This document shows, one piece after another, positions 17,201 through 29,692 of a stretch of 64,000 nt of DNA. The stretch comes from the human T2T-CHM13v2.0 reference genome, Homo sapiens. The notes beneath the pieces are model-generated. The model worked only from the letters and a program-made list of their open reading frames with translations. It did not search any database and had not been told where the DNA came from. Where the stretch lies: NCBI RefSeq assembly GCF_009914755.1, contig NC_060932.1. One strand, given 5' to 3'. Position numbers and translations under genes: made by a program. Every line of letters starts with the position of its first letter. The stretch's first letter is position 1.

Positions 17201-18625
17201 CCACTTCCAACTGGATGTCTGGATGAACTACTGAAAGCTGCTGAGTGTCCTGCAGCAGGTGAGCTGTGGCCAGAGCCCAAGGATGAAGGGGGCTCCCTCA
17301 CTCTGTGACTGTGAAGAGGAACCCTGAGGTGTAGCAGGCCCAGGCCCCAGAAGTATGGAAAAAATGAGGTAGGGAGGGAGGGGACCTCAGGAGAAGACTG
17401 AGGTCTACAGAATCCCAGGGTCAAGGGGATGGTGCGGTGTCCTGGCACTATCCTTGATGTTCCAAGAGGGGTGAGAATCCATCTCCTGAGTAAAAGCTTC
17501 ACATGGGGTGAGGAGGGGAGAATTGAACAGAGAGGAAGCAGGGAAGGCCAAGACAGCGACCAGCCTTACAGCAATTTTAACCAGAAATGGACACAGACCC
17601 TGGACCCCATCACAGGAGTGCAGGCCTAGGACTGTCTCCAGGTGATGCATAGCTCCCTTGTCAGGTTAGTGGGTGCAGGGATTGTGACGTCTGCAGGGGT
17701 GTGGAAGGCTGGGCAATGGGAGCAGCTTACTGGGCTGGAACAGAAATACTGAACTTCTTTTCCATCAGTGAAATCCGCTTCTAGATCAGAAAAAACTGCG
17801 AGTTCTAGAGAGGCAGGGCCTAGGAGGAGGTCAGGTCCTGAGCCTTCCTGGTTTGACCCCTTCCCACCCTCTGTGTTTCTGGGTCTGTCCTCACTTCCAC
17901 CCAGCGGATCCTGAGTCTCTTCCTTTGAGTCCCTGTGAGTGTGTTGTGTGCAGTGGGGCCGGGCTGCTTCATCCACTGCACGTTAAATGTTTCCAATACT
18001 TTCCGGCCAAAGCTTAGAGTTGTCAGACCACTGACTTTGAATGTTGACCTGGTTCCTTGTGGAACAGAGTAATAGCTATTGAAGTTTAAAGTCACTTTCC
18101 TGCGTGGATGGTGAAGAGGCAGGCTGTTCAGGCATAGCTGTCCTCAGGCCTGGAGGGCTGTGGAGGTCACCGTGGGCGGTGGGTGGATCCGGAACCTCTG
18201 TGGCTCTAGACTTTCAACTATTTCATTTTTTCTTTTGTAGTTTTTGTTTGTTGCTTGCTTTTTTACAATGAGAACTAGAATGTAAGATGCTAAACTCAGC
18301 CTGTGGGGAACATGGATTTTCACAACAGCAACCACAGAACGTGGTTTCCATTTCTATTCCCTGTTCATGTGGGAGGCAGAGAAGGAAATCAGGTGCTCAG
18401 TTCCAGGGACATCACAGGACTAGGACATGTGCAGTGAGGGTGGAAGGCAGAGGCATTGCTTTAGGGCAATAAAATTACTGCATGCACACACATATGTATG
18501 TATATGGATGTATGTACACAAACATGCATATTTATAGATTCTGTTCTCCCTCTGTCTATATAATTTTTTTATTTCACACTTGATATGATTTCTAAATTTA
18601 AATACCTTTGAGACAAACGTGAATT

Positions 18626-19793
18626 GTGAAGGGATTTAAAAATGTCAGTGAAAAATGGAATTAACAATAAAAATATAAATATAAACTTTATTTCTCAATA
18701 TAAGCTCTACTGAGGTCCAGACACTCCATTAAAGGATGATCCCAGCCATTCAGTCCATTGCTAAACAACTGAGGGTAACGGGAATTTAACCGTGTCAATG
18801 CAGTCTTCTATTATTAACTAAAGAAAAATGGGTGCCCTTTACAGTTATTTTAAGGTTAGGGAAAAAAAGGTCAGAAGAAACCAAATCAGGACTGTAATGT
18901 TGATGCCTAATAATTTCCCATGAAAACTCTTGCAAAATTACCCATGTTTGATGAGAGGAAGGAACAGAAGTGTTGTTGTGGTGCAGAGGGACTCTCTAGT
19001 GAAGCTTTACAGGGCGCTTTTCTGCAAAAGTATTTGCTAATTTTCTCTAAGAACTCTCCTAGTAAGCAGATGTTGTGGTGCTTTGATCTTACAGAAAGTC
19101 AACAAGCAAAATACCTTGAGCATCCCCAAAACCTCCATGGCTTTTGCTTTTGAGAAGTTTGCTTTTGCTTTGACTGGACCACTTCTACCTCTTGGTAGCC
19201 ATGGCTTGAATTGTGCTTTGTCTTCAGGATCTTATTGATAAAGCCAGTTTCACTCCCTGTTAAAATTCTTCAAAATAATGCTTCAGGATCTTGATTCCGC
19301 TTGCTCAAAATAGTTACTAATAGCTCTGCTTTTGTCCACTGCTGATCTAGGCACAAGGGTATTTGGGACTCATCAAATGTAAAGTTTCTCAACTTTCACG
19401 TTATAGTCAGTATTGTGTAAGCTGAACCAATTGAGATGTCTGTGATGTTGGCTACAGTATCTCTTGTTAATTGTCAATCCTCCTCAATGAAGGCATAGAA
19501 ACGATTTTTTTTTTCTCAAAAATTGGTATGGATGTCCCTCCTCTGTTGACTTCATCTTCAACATTGTATTATCGCTTCTTAGAATAAGGTATCCGTTTGT
19601 AAATGACTGATTCTTCAGGTCATTTTTCCCATAGACTTTTCTTAAAGAATAATTTATTTCACCATTTTTTGTACCCCAGCTTCACCGTAAATTTGATGTT
19701 TGTTCTTGCTTCAGGTTTGACAGAATTCATGTTGCTGCCATAGAGGGGCTCTTTTCAAACTGATGTCTTAAATCTTGTTCAGATATGTTAAAA
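18626..19793 (-). mobile_element. HSMAR2 mariner DNA transposon, near full length with a decayed transposase (ATG ~19730, stop ~18688)
   Basis: The minus strand encodes the mariner motif YSPDLVSSD (~18871-18896) and a WVP motif mutated to stop (~19370); matches the recalled HSMAR2 consensus. The 5' terminal inverted repeat is replaced by an Alu fragment and L1. Confidence 0.88.
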
Positions 19794-19796
19794 CAG

Positions 19797-19842
19797 GGCC
19801 AGGCATGGTGGCTTATGCCTGTAATCCCTGCATTTTGGAAGG
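19797..19842 (+). mobile_element. Alu 5' fragment
   Basis: ggccaggcatggtggcttatgcctgtaatccc, truncated. Confidence 0.75.
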
Positions 19843-19857
19843 TTAGAAAAAATAAAG

Positions 19858-22365
19858 TTTTTTAAAATTTTATTTTATTTCATTTTAAGTTCTGGGATAC
19901 ATGTGCATGATGCGCAGGTTTGTTACATAGGTAAATGTGTGCCATGGTGGTTTCCTGTACCTATCAACCCATCACCTAGGTATTCAGCCCACATGCATTA
20001 GCTATTCATCCTGATGCACTCCCTCCCCACTCACCCACAGACAGGCTCCAGTGTGTGTTGTTCCCCTCCCTGTGTCTATGTTCTCTCATTTTTCATCTCC
20101 CACTTATTAAGTGAGAACATGTGTATTTGGTTTTCTGTTCCTGCATTAGTTTGCTGAGAATAATGACTTCCAGCTTCATCCATGTCCCTGCAAAGGACAT
20201 GATCTCATTCCTTTTTATGGCTGCATAGTATTCCATGGTGTATATGTATCACAGTTTCTGTATCCAGTCTATCATTGATGGGCATTTGGGTTGATTCTAT
20301 GTCTTTGCTTTCATGAATAGTGCTGCAATGAACATACCCATGCATGTATCTTTATAATACAAGAATTTATATTCCTTTGAGTATATATGCAGTAATGGGA
20401 TTGCTGGGTCAAATGGTATTTCTGATTCTAGGTCTTTGAAAAATCACCACAGTCTTCCACAGTGGTTGAACTAACTTACATTCGCACCAACAGTGTAAAA
20501 GTTCTCCTATTTCCCCACAGTCTCACCAGCATCTGTTGTTTTTTGACTTTTTAATAATCACCATTCTGACTGGCATGAGATGGTATCTCACTGCGGTTTT
20601 GATTTGTATTTCTCTAATGATCAGTAATGTTGGGCTTTTTTTTCATGTTTGTTGGCTGCATAAATGTCTTCTTTTGAGAAGTGTCTGTTCATGTCCTCTG
20701 CCCACTTTTGAAATTTTTACATTTTTATTTTTTAAGACAGAGTCTTGCTGTGTCACTCAGGGTGGAGTTCAGTGGCACAATCTCGGGTCACTGCAACTTC
20801 TGCCTCCCAGATTCAGGCGATTCTTCTCTCTCAGGCTCTTGAGTAGTTGGGATTACAGGTCTGCACCACTACATCCGGCTAATTTATTGTATTTTCAGTA
20901 GAGACGTGGTTTCACCAGCTTGGCCAGGCTGATCTTGAATTCCTGGCCTCAAGTTATCTGCCCACTTCACCCTCCCAAACTGCTGGGATTACAGGCATGA
21001 GCCACTGTACCCAGCTTTTGCCCACTTTTATATGGGGTTGGATTTTTTACAGTTTTGGGTTTTACATTTAAGTCTTTAATCCATTTTCAGTTCATTTTTG
21101 TATAAGGTATAAGGAAGGGGTACAGTTTCAGTTTTCTGCCTATGTCTAGCCAGTTTTTCAAGCACCATTTATTATTAAATAGGGAATCCTTTCCCCATTG
21201 CTTGTTTTCATCAAAAATAAAATGGTTGTAGATGTGCAGTCTTATTTCTGATATATCTATTCCATTCCATTGGTCTATGTGTCTGTTTTGTACCACTACC
21301 ATGCTGTTGGGTTACTGTAGCCTTGTAATATAGTTTGAAGTTAGGTAGCATGATGCCTCTAACTTTGTTATTTTACCTTAGGATTGTCCTGGGTATATGG
21401 GCTCTTTTTTCATTCCATATGAATTTTGAGGTAGTTTTTTCTAATTTTGTAAAGAATGTCCATGGTACTTTATGGGAATAGCATTGAATCTATGAATTAC
21501 TTTGGGAAGTATGGCATTTTCATGATATTGATTCTTCTTACCCGTGAGCATGGAATGTTTTTCCATTTGTTTGTGTCCTCTCTTATTTCCTTGAGTAGTG
21601 GTTTGTAGTTCTCCTTGAAGAGGTCCTTCACTTGCCTTGTTAGCTGTATTCCTAGGTATTTTATACTCTGCAGCAACTGTAAATGGGAACTTATTTGTGA
21701 TTTGGCTCTCTTCTTGTCTATTGTTGGTGTATAAGAATGCTTGCGATTTTTGCACACTGATTTTGTATCTTGAGACTTTACTGCAGTGGCTCATAAGCGT
21801 AAGAATCTTTTGGGCTGAGATGATGGGATTTTATAGATATAGGATCATGTCATCTGCAAACAAAGTGACAGTTCAACTTCTCTTTTACTATTTGAATATG
21901 CTTTATTTCTTTCTCTTGGCTGATTGCCTCGGCCAGAACTTCCAGTACTATATGGAGTAGGAGTGGTGAGAGAGGGCATCCTTGCCTTGTGCCGAATTTC
22001 AAAAGGAATGCTTCCAGCTTTTGCCTATTCAATATGATATTGGCTGTGGGTTTGTCAAAAATGACTCTTATTATTTTGAGATATGTTCCATCAATACCTA
22101 GTTTCCTGAGGTTTTTAACATAAAGGAATGTTGAATTTTATCAAAGATCTTTTCTGAGTCTACTAAAATAATCATGGGGTTTTTGTCTTTAGTTCGGTTT
22201 ACATGGTGAATTATATTTATTGATTTGTGTTTGTTGAACCAGCCTTGCACCAAAGGGAAGAAGCTGACTTGATCTTGCTGGATAAGGTTTTTGATATGTT
22301 GCTGGATTTGGTTTGCCACTATTATATCGAGAATTTTTGCATCAAAGTTTATCAGAAATATTAAA
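19858..22365 (-). mobile_element. L1PA-type LINE-1, 5'-truncated, with an internal deletion and an inserted Alu
   Basis: L1 3'UTR (gatacatgtgc...ccatggtggttt) and ORF2 remnants ([27 protein letters not shown]). Confidence 0.93.
20720..21015 (-). mobile_element. Alu inserted in the L1
   Basis: Alu reverse complement flanked by the TSD tgcccactttt. Confidence 0.92.
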
Positions 22366-23310
22366 CTAAAGTCTAGTAAACACATTGAAAATAATAACAG
22401 ACTGATTAAAATACTAAATAATATGAATCCTAAGTGTTCTCACAACTGATTTATAGAGTAAAAGCATTGTTAAACCAAATGAGCTTGGCCAGAAACTGTA
22501 TAGAGTCTGAGATGTTTTCTGAACTTCCAGTTACTCATTGTGAGGTGGAACTGCAGTAACTATATTTGGTGCAAAATTTCATGTTGATGGAAGCTGAGAT
22601 GTCCTGCAGTCTCAGAGGGACAGAATTCTGGTGTATCTCCCTTTGGCCTATGAGGAATGAAGATTTAGGCCCTGAGGGTTTTGTCAAAATTTATAAGATG
22701 TAAGAAATGGGGACGTCTTTAGGCCATGAGGCAAGGCCTAGAGGTGTAAAGAAAACAGCTTCTGACCCAGGGCTCATGAAGTCAGCATAGTGTCAGAGGC
22801 GATGGTGGAGTGAGCATAGTATGGTCTTTGGAACCATTCCTTCCCCATATTTCTTCATAGGCCAAGTATGCGCAACCAGGGGGCATCTCGGGCCTGATGA
22901 GCAGAGTCCTGAAGAGATAAAGGGGCAATCCTGAGGAAGAGACTTGACAGGGAGGAAGGAGCCACCATTTTCACTGCTGAGAAAACTACTCCTCCCTAGT
23001 AAACCATAGGATTTTCCTTGATCCAGTGAGAGTTTTCCTGAGTGAAGAGAAAAGAGAGAGAAAGGGACTGATGTGTTATCTGTTTCTACCACCTGAAGTG
23101 ATTCTGAAACTTTGGGGGACAGGAGAATTATCTTCAGAATCATGAGCAATCCAGATGCCATGATTACACATGAGAAACTGGAAGTTCTTATCTCTGGGGG
23201 GTAGGCACTAGGCATTGATATTCGTTAAAGCTCATTCACTGATTACAAAGTGAGACAAATAAATCTGCTGCAAGATTTATTCATGACATATTATTTCACC
23301 ACAATTCAAT

Positions 23311-24505
23311 TGTCTTCAGCACAAAGAGCTCTTGGTTCTCTGCCTGCGGACACCCTGTAACTGGGTCTTCCAAATTCATTCTTCTGGATGTAAAAGAGGA
23401 CATAGGCCTGTTGACTCAAAGGAGAAGTGATACCAGAGGCAGTGACCTCGGCATCATCCATTTTATACCACTGGCCTTCTTGAGTTTGACACAAGAGAAG
23501 TAATGTCCGTTGTGACAACTCCACCCGGTGACGACGAGAACAGCATAGAGGACATAGAAAAGAGGTCCTGTGTTCTGCTGAGACATGTATGGCTGCATGT
23601 CAACGCACTCAGGATATTGCAGATTCTTGGCAAGTTTGTTGCCTGTGACATCGGAGAATCTCTTCAAGACAAGGATGAGGACCTTGGCAGAAGTGGGTAA
23701 AGTTAACGTCTTGGCGGCAGGCGCCTTCTGGAGACAAAGACCACAATGATAGGCATTCTCTCCATTGAGTTCTTCGGGCTTCACCAACTGTTCCTAAGCT
23801 TGCTTGACACTCTGAGCTGCCTGGATATCCAGGGCGATATCCAGGTAAGGGTCGAAGGTGTCTGAAATGCCGTGGAAGTAGAGACACTTGATTTGAGATC
23901 TCTAGTACCCTCCAAATATTTGGTGGATGAGGATGGTGTCCTTGCAGTGATGATCTAGCTGCTTGTGCCCGGGAAGGCATGCCTTTCTAATGGCATCCAC
24001 AGTGAATAAGAGAAATTCATGGGCATCTTCCTGCTTGTCTCTATGGAAGTCAGCAGCCAATGCCTGTGAGGGCTGGATGACATGGCCAGGACGGTGGAGG
24101 TGCCCGTGTGCTGTGAGCTTCCATAATACAGAGCATGCAGCACTTGGGACGATGACACATTTGAGAGAGCTCCCAGGACAGCATGTAGTTGGCAAGGGGC
24201 GGTGTGTATGTCAGGCACTGCAGGGAAGCATTCAAGTGGCAGGTATTTCCCATATTCTGGAGACCAGCTCCCACCGCAGCAGGTCTCCTGCTACTCGGAG
24301 GAAGCTTCTCCCTCGGAGCAAGCTGTCTTGTCACAGGAGCCAAATCGTCACAGAGGTCGACACGGGTCTCCGATGAGAGTGGTGACTTCTCAGGGAGAGA
24401 AGTCCGCTGGATTTCAGGAAAAGCTGCATCTGGCTGAGAAGATGTGAGTTTTGAAAAGTGGTTGAACTGCCACTCACCTCCCAAGTAGAGTGAGTCTTCC
24501 TCCAT
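23311..24505 (-). pseudogene. USP17-like pseudogene, 3'-truncated
   Basis: [14 protein letters not shown] start with the Cys box retained. Lesions: +1 insertion at 24101, TAG at 23902-23904 and 23794-23796, -1 deletion at ~23484. Homology ends at 23311, so the C-terminal ~130 codons are missing. The TATA box is mutated (TATGTAAG). Confidence 0.95.
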
Positions 24506-24910
24506 GTCGCCCGCAACAAGGATCACAAGGTTTTTCTGCTGGGACCGCAGGTTGCAGAAAGACGCTATCTCTTCCGAGAGAGTCTTCAAATAACGAGTTC
24601 TCTGGCCAAATCAGCCCTTACATAACTCACCCGCACCAAGAGCGAACACCCCACCCGCACATAAGGTGGGCAATAAACCAATCAAATATCAGCACTCAAT
24701 TAAGGAATGAGTCACAGGGTGTGTCCCCTTGCATCGCTGGGAATTCAACAGACACAGTCCACATCATGACTTCTAAAACACCTTCATCAAATTACTCCTC
24801 AGGATGATAGGCACATATAATATGATGGTAACCGGGTTGGGACAGTGGCCACACAGTTGCCTTATTTTAGGTAAAAGAATGTCAGGGAAGAAATCTTTAC
24901 CTATGAAACC

Positions 24911-24957
24911 GTGTGAGTATGTGTGTTTGTGTGCGTGTGTGTGTGTGTGTGTTTGTG
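24911..24957. repeat. (TG)n microsatellite upstream of the pseudogene
   Basis: Read directly; paralogous tracts at 29626-29692 and 34356-34423. Confidence 0.9.
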
Positions 24958-27509
24958 CTGGGATGTACTTCCGAGTATGTGCTTTTGGCAGATACCATCA
25001 TCCTTTCAGCGATAGAAGGAGAAGTCTGAAGTGCGCTTTCTGACCTGAGAATAGGCAATGAAGTACAGTAATTAGCACAGCATATTTTTTTCCTCAATAA
25101 AAAAGGAGAGATCCGTGGAATCAAACAGACCTCCCAGCGATAACCTTTCCATGTTCAGCCTAATGATTCTATATCTGAGTGAAATTACCTGCCAGTGGAG
25201 AAAAAGACAAGTCTTTACATTAAATGCTCTTGTGGAAGCTAGATTGCTGAATAATAAAGCATTAAGTCGTAGAAACATGCACTGAAGTTTGAAGAGATAC
25301 TCAGTGCACAAACTAGACTGTAAAAGACTTTGGGGAAATAATGCAATCACCGAGAGACTAATTGATGACATTCCGAAAATTTATATTTGCCAGAAAAGAG
25401 AGATGGTCAAGACATTGCATAGCGAGTGGTTTTGGACGTGCGACGGCAGTTTAAGAAAACATGAAACAAAAAACTTGAGAAATCAAAGGTATCCCAACTA
25501 TAACCTTTGTTTTACAAAAGAATTGATGAAAATAAAAACAACGTATCTCACAGCACGCGTGATAATATTTTCATACGTATGTGATAATGGAGCAACATTT
25601 GATAGAGATGAAATGAAAATTTCTAAATTTGACAAAAGCGAACAACAAAAATTACACCGTAGAAAAGCGTGGGTGACGGCAGTGACGCCCTGTCTCAAGA
25701 AGTAAACATCCGAGAGATTTAAAAGTGGGGAGTGAAACCAAGGATAGCATAACATTGTTAATACTAGCCATTGTTTCAGTGGGAAAAGGCAAAAATAAGC
25801 GGTGTGTCTCCTAGATTCTCACATGAATTGTTCAGGATATGAGATGTTGCCTCTATTTCCAGTTATGCATTGTATGGTGGAATTGCAGTTAGCACATTTG
25901 GTGCCAAAATTTTAATGCTGACGAAAATGGACATGTTCCCTGAACTAAGAGGGACATAATTTGGGTGTGTCTCCAGGCTCTCTGGCTTACCAGGATTGAA
26001 GATCCAGGCTCTAGGGATTTTCCCAAAATGTCTTAGACAGTAAGCACCGGGGCAGAATTGAGGCCTGGCGCCAAGGTCTCGAGGTGTAAAGAAACAGCCG
26101 TGGCCGCAGAGCCCATGAAATTAGGATGATTTTAAGGAGGACGGTGGAATGAGAGGACTGTGATGTTTGGCCCCGTTTCTTATCCCTTGTCTTTTCATGG
26201 GCCAGGTGTGCTCCATCAGAAGGCTTTCTGTGCCTGATGTAAAGTGTCCTGGGTGAAGAAAGGGCACTGCTTAGAGAGGTGCTCCACAGGCAGGAAGGAG
26301 CCACCATTTTCAGGAGAATGATCCCCAGAAGCATGAGCAATCCAGATGCCGTGGCTTCACACAAGACGTCGGAGGGTCTTATTCCTGCAGCCGGGACCTG
26401 GGCATCGGTGTCCTTTAATGCTCATAACTAATTTTGAGGGGAGCCCAATCGATAACCTGTCTGCAAGTCATGCTCATCACACTGTAGTTTTCACACACGT
26501 CACACAGAGACCCTGTTCGTATGCACATTTGGGTGCTTGAGCAGGGTTGCGCCCAAGATTCTGTGGTTCTACGGAGCCCTGAGTTGTGACCTGGACAGCT
26601 TTCCTCAGGGGTTGGTCAACTTTGATCACTGCACCTAACAAGAAAGGGACCATGAAATCTAATCAGCAAATACAGAAAAGGAAGGGGCCATTTCCCACAA
26701 TAATTTCCACAGAAACACCACGTCGGATAAATAAGTCTGATTGCAGGACAGGGACTGTGTTTCAGAGATGCAGCTTTCGCAGCTGGATGAATGACCTGGA
26801 ATCTCCCCAAATGCCATTTGTAAACACACCAAATGAGGTTTATTTCAGGGCTTTCTGAATGTATTTTAGATGAATACACACACTCCAGTGTTTGATTTCC
26901 TTTAGTATCAATGAGACTTAGTTCCAAATGACTTCCGTGCCAGTGGGAAAATTTTCCGGTTCCACTCATTGGAAGTGGACACCGTGAAACAGGTAAGTCG
27001 GTCTGTCTGTTTCCCGCGTTATGTGGGTTCCAGCAAGAGCCCAAGTCTCAGGGCACCTGAGGTCCATTCAGAAACCAAAATAAAATGGGCGAGCCAGGGT
27101 AAGAAAGGAGAGCACCGTTCCTATCTTCCAATTGAATTCCAGTATCCACTATTCAAGGTGGCGAGAATGATCCACGGATGTACCACATGAGCAAAATTTC
27201 ACCTTCTCTTGCCGACCAACAACTGACGAATGAAACAAACCCCAACAGGAAATAGTAAACCATGTCCCCTGCAATAACCTCACACGCAAACCTACAGGTC
27301 AATAGGTCACATTAAGAAATACACACTGAATGTCATCTACCATGAACACAAACACACAGACAGTCCCTCCAGAGGTTCGGAAGACTCACGAACCCAAAAC
27401 TTGATGTTTCCCATGTGTGGGCTCATCCTGAGACGCAGCCATCACTATCCAATTGTCCCTGTTGTAGAGACAGAAACTGGGGCTCCTCATTACTTTATGT
27501 AGGATTGAC

Positions 27510-27593
27510 GGTGTTCGTGTTTGTGTGGGTGTGTGTGTGTTTCCGTGCGCGCTTGTGGGTGTATTTGTGTTTGTGTGTGTGTGTGTGTGTGTG
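27510..27593. repeat. (TG)n tract in the USP17L7 3'UTR (paralog at 32248-32320)
   Basis: Read directly; ~35 nt past the stop codon. Confidence 0.85.
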
Positions 27594-27627
27594 CACCCCT
27601 CAGTGTGGGTCGGTACTTCCACTGTGA

Positions 27628-29220
27628 TCACTGGCACACAAGCAGAGATCTCTTGCTGTGTTTGTTATTCCCTTTGGATCTCCTGGTGCTCCCTTGCAGA
27701 GAAGCGAGTGTGCCAGTGTTCATGGACTCCTGATCTGTCGGTTTCGTCGAAGAGAGGTTTAGCAGGGAGCTTTGCTGTTCAGGATGATGGTTTTTCATAC
27801 CACACTTGTATTTTGATTGATGAATCACAAGTACGTTGGGAGGCAGGGTACCTTCAACTTTTCTGACGTTGAACTCAGGCTTCGTTTTGTTTTGCTTTTG
27901 GGGGAATTTCCAGTGGTCTAAGGTGCTTTCCTGAGTGGCTCTTTCCACCAAGTGCTCGTCCAACTCGGGTACCTGGAGGCAAGGGTGGTCTCTCTTGAGC
28001 TCTCCTTGCGTTGCTGGCCTGTCTGTGTCTTCAGCACCAAGGGCTCTTGGTTCCCTGCCTCTTGACACACTCTCACTGTGTCTTTCCCATTCACTCTTCT
28101 GGATGTAAAAGAGGACATAGGCCTGTTGACTCAGGACAGAGGTGATGCCAGAGGCAGTGACCTCGGCATCATCCATTTTATACCACTGGCCTTCTTGAGC
28201 TTTGACATAAGAGAAGTAATGTCCGTTGTGACAACTCCACCCAGCGTGGACCAGCACAGCATAGAGGACATAGACAAGAGGTCCTGTGTTCTGCTGAGAC
28301 ATGTATGGCTGCATGTCAAGGCACTCAGGATATTGCACATTCTTGGCAAGTTTGTTGCCTGTGACATCGGAGAATCTCTTCAATACAAGAATGAGGACCT
28401 TGGCAGAAGTGGGTAAAGTTAACGTCTTGGAGGCAGGCGCCTTCTGGAGACAAAGACCACAATGATAGGCATTCTCTCCATTGAGTTCTTTGGGCTTCAC
28501 CAACTGTTCCAAAGCTTGCTTGACACTCTGAGCTGCCTGGATATCCAGGGCGATGTCCAGGTAAGGGTCAAAGGTGTCTGAAACGCCGTGGCAGTGGAGA
28601 TACTTGATTTGAGATCTCCAATACGCTCCAAATATTTGGTGGATGAGGGTGGTGTCCTTGGAGTGATGATCTAGCTGCTTGTGCCCGGGAAGGCATGCCT
28701 TTTTCATGGCATCCACAGTAAACATGAGAAATTCATGGGCATCCTCCTGCTCACCTCTATGGAAGCCAGCAGCCAATACCTGTGAGGGCTGGATGACATG
28801 GCCAGGACGGTAGAGGGCCCATGTGATGTGAGCTTGCATAGTACAGAACATGCAGCACTTGTGAAGATGACACGTTTGAGAGTCCTCCCGGGACAGCATG
28901 TAGTTGGAAAGCGGCAGTGTGTATGTCAGGCACTGCAGGGAAACGTTCACATAGAAGGTATTTCCTATCTTCTGGAGCCCAGCCCCCACCGCAGCAGGTC
29001 TCCTGCTACTCAGAGGAAGCTTCTCCCTGGGAGCAAGCTGTCTTGCCACAGGAGCCAAATCATCACAGAGGTCGAAACGGGTCTCAGATGAGAGTGGTGA
29101 CTTTTCAGAGAGAGAAGTCCGCTGGATTTCAGCAAAAGCTGCATCTAGCCAAGAAGATGTGAGTTTTGAAAAGTGATTGAACTGCCAGTCACCTCCCAAA
29201 TAGAGTGAGTCGTCTTCCAT
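27628..29220 (-). CDS. USP17L7: Inactive ubiquitin carboxyl-terminal hydrolase 17-like protein (530 aa, intronless; catalytic Cys89 to Phe)
   Basis: Intact ORF from ATG 29220. Cys box reads [10 protein letters not shown] (TTC at 28954-28956); His box HNGHY and MDD are intact. Confidence 0.9.
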   Translation of the reverse strand: MEDDSLYLGGDWQFNHFSKLTSSWLDAAFAEIQRTSLSEKSPLSSETRFDLCDDLAPVARQLAPREKLPLSSRRPAAVGAGLQKIGNTFYVNVSLQCLTYTLPLSNYMLSREDSQTCHLHKCCMFCTMQAHITWALYRPGHVIQPSQVLAAGFHRGEQEDAHEFLMFTVDAMKKACLPGHKQLDHHSKDTTLIHQIFGAYWRSQIKYLHCHGVSDTFDPYLDIALDIQAAQSVKQALEQLVKPKELNGENAYHCGLCLQKAPASKTLTLPTSAKVLILVLKRFSDVTGNKLAKNVQYPECLDMQPYMSQQNTGPLVYVLYAVLVHAGWSCHNGHYFSYVKAQEGQWYKMDDAEVTASGITSVLSQQAYVLFYIQKSEWERHSESVSRGREPRALGAEDTDRPATQGELKRDHPCLQVPELDEHLVERATQESTLDHWKFPQKQNKTKPEFNVRKVEGTLPPNVLVIHQSKYKCGMKNHHPEQQSSLLNLSSTKPTDQESMNTGTLASLQGSTRRSKGNNKHSKRSLLVCQ

Positions 29221-29304
29221 GTCGCCCGCAACAAGGATCACAAGGTTTTTCTGCTGGGACCGCAGGTTGCAGCAAGACGCTATCTCTTCCGAGAGAGTCT
29301 TCAA

Positions 29305-29530
29305 ATGACCAGCTCTCTGGCCGCATCAGCCCTTATATAACTCACCCCCTCCAACCACGAACACCCCACCCACCCATCAGGTGTGCGATAAACCAATCAA
29401 ATATCAGCACTCAATTAAGGAATGAGTCACAGGGTGTGTCCCCTTGCATCGCTGGGAATTCAACAGACACAGCCCACATCATGACTTCTAGAACACCTGA
29501 ATCAAATTACTCCTCAGGCTGATAGACACA
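29305..29530 (-). promoter_or_regulatory. USP17L7 proximal promoter (TATA, CACCC, CCAAT, AP-1)
   Basis: TATATAAG on the - strand at ~29332-29339, AACCAATCA at 29391-29399, TGAGTCA at ~29423-29429. Confidence 0.7.
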
Positions 29531-29625
29531 TGTAATATGAGTGTAACCGGGTTGGGACAGTGGCCACACAGTTGCCTTATTTTAGGTAAAAGAATGTCAG
29601 GGAAGAAATCTTTACCTATGAAACC

Positions 29626-29631
29626 GTGTGT

Positions 29632-29686
<55 letters not shown>

Positions 29687-29692
29687 CTTGTG
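29626..29692. repeat. (TG)n microsatellite upstream of USP17L7
   Basis: Read directly. Confidence 0.9.

Noticed and set aside
20536-22385. ORFs with reverse-transcriptase-like peptides
   Set aside because: Fragments of a decayed L1 ORF2 and Alu, not genes.
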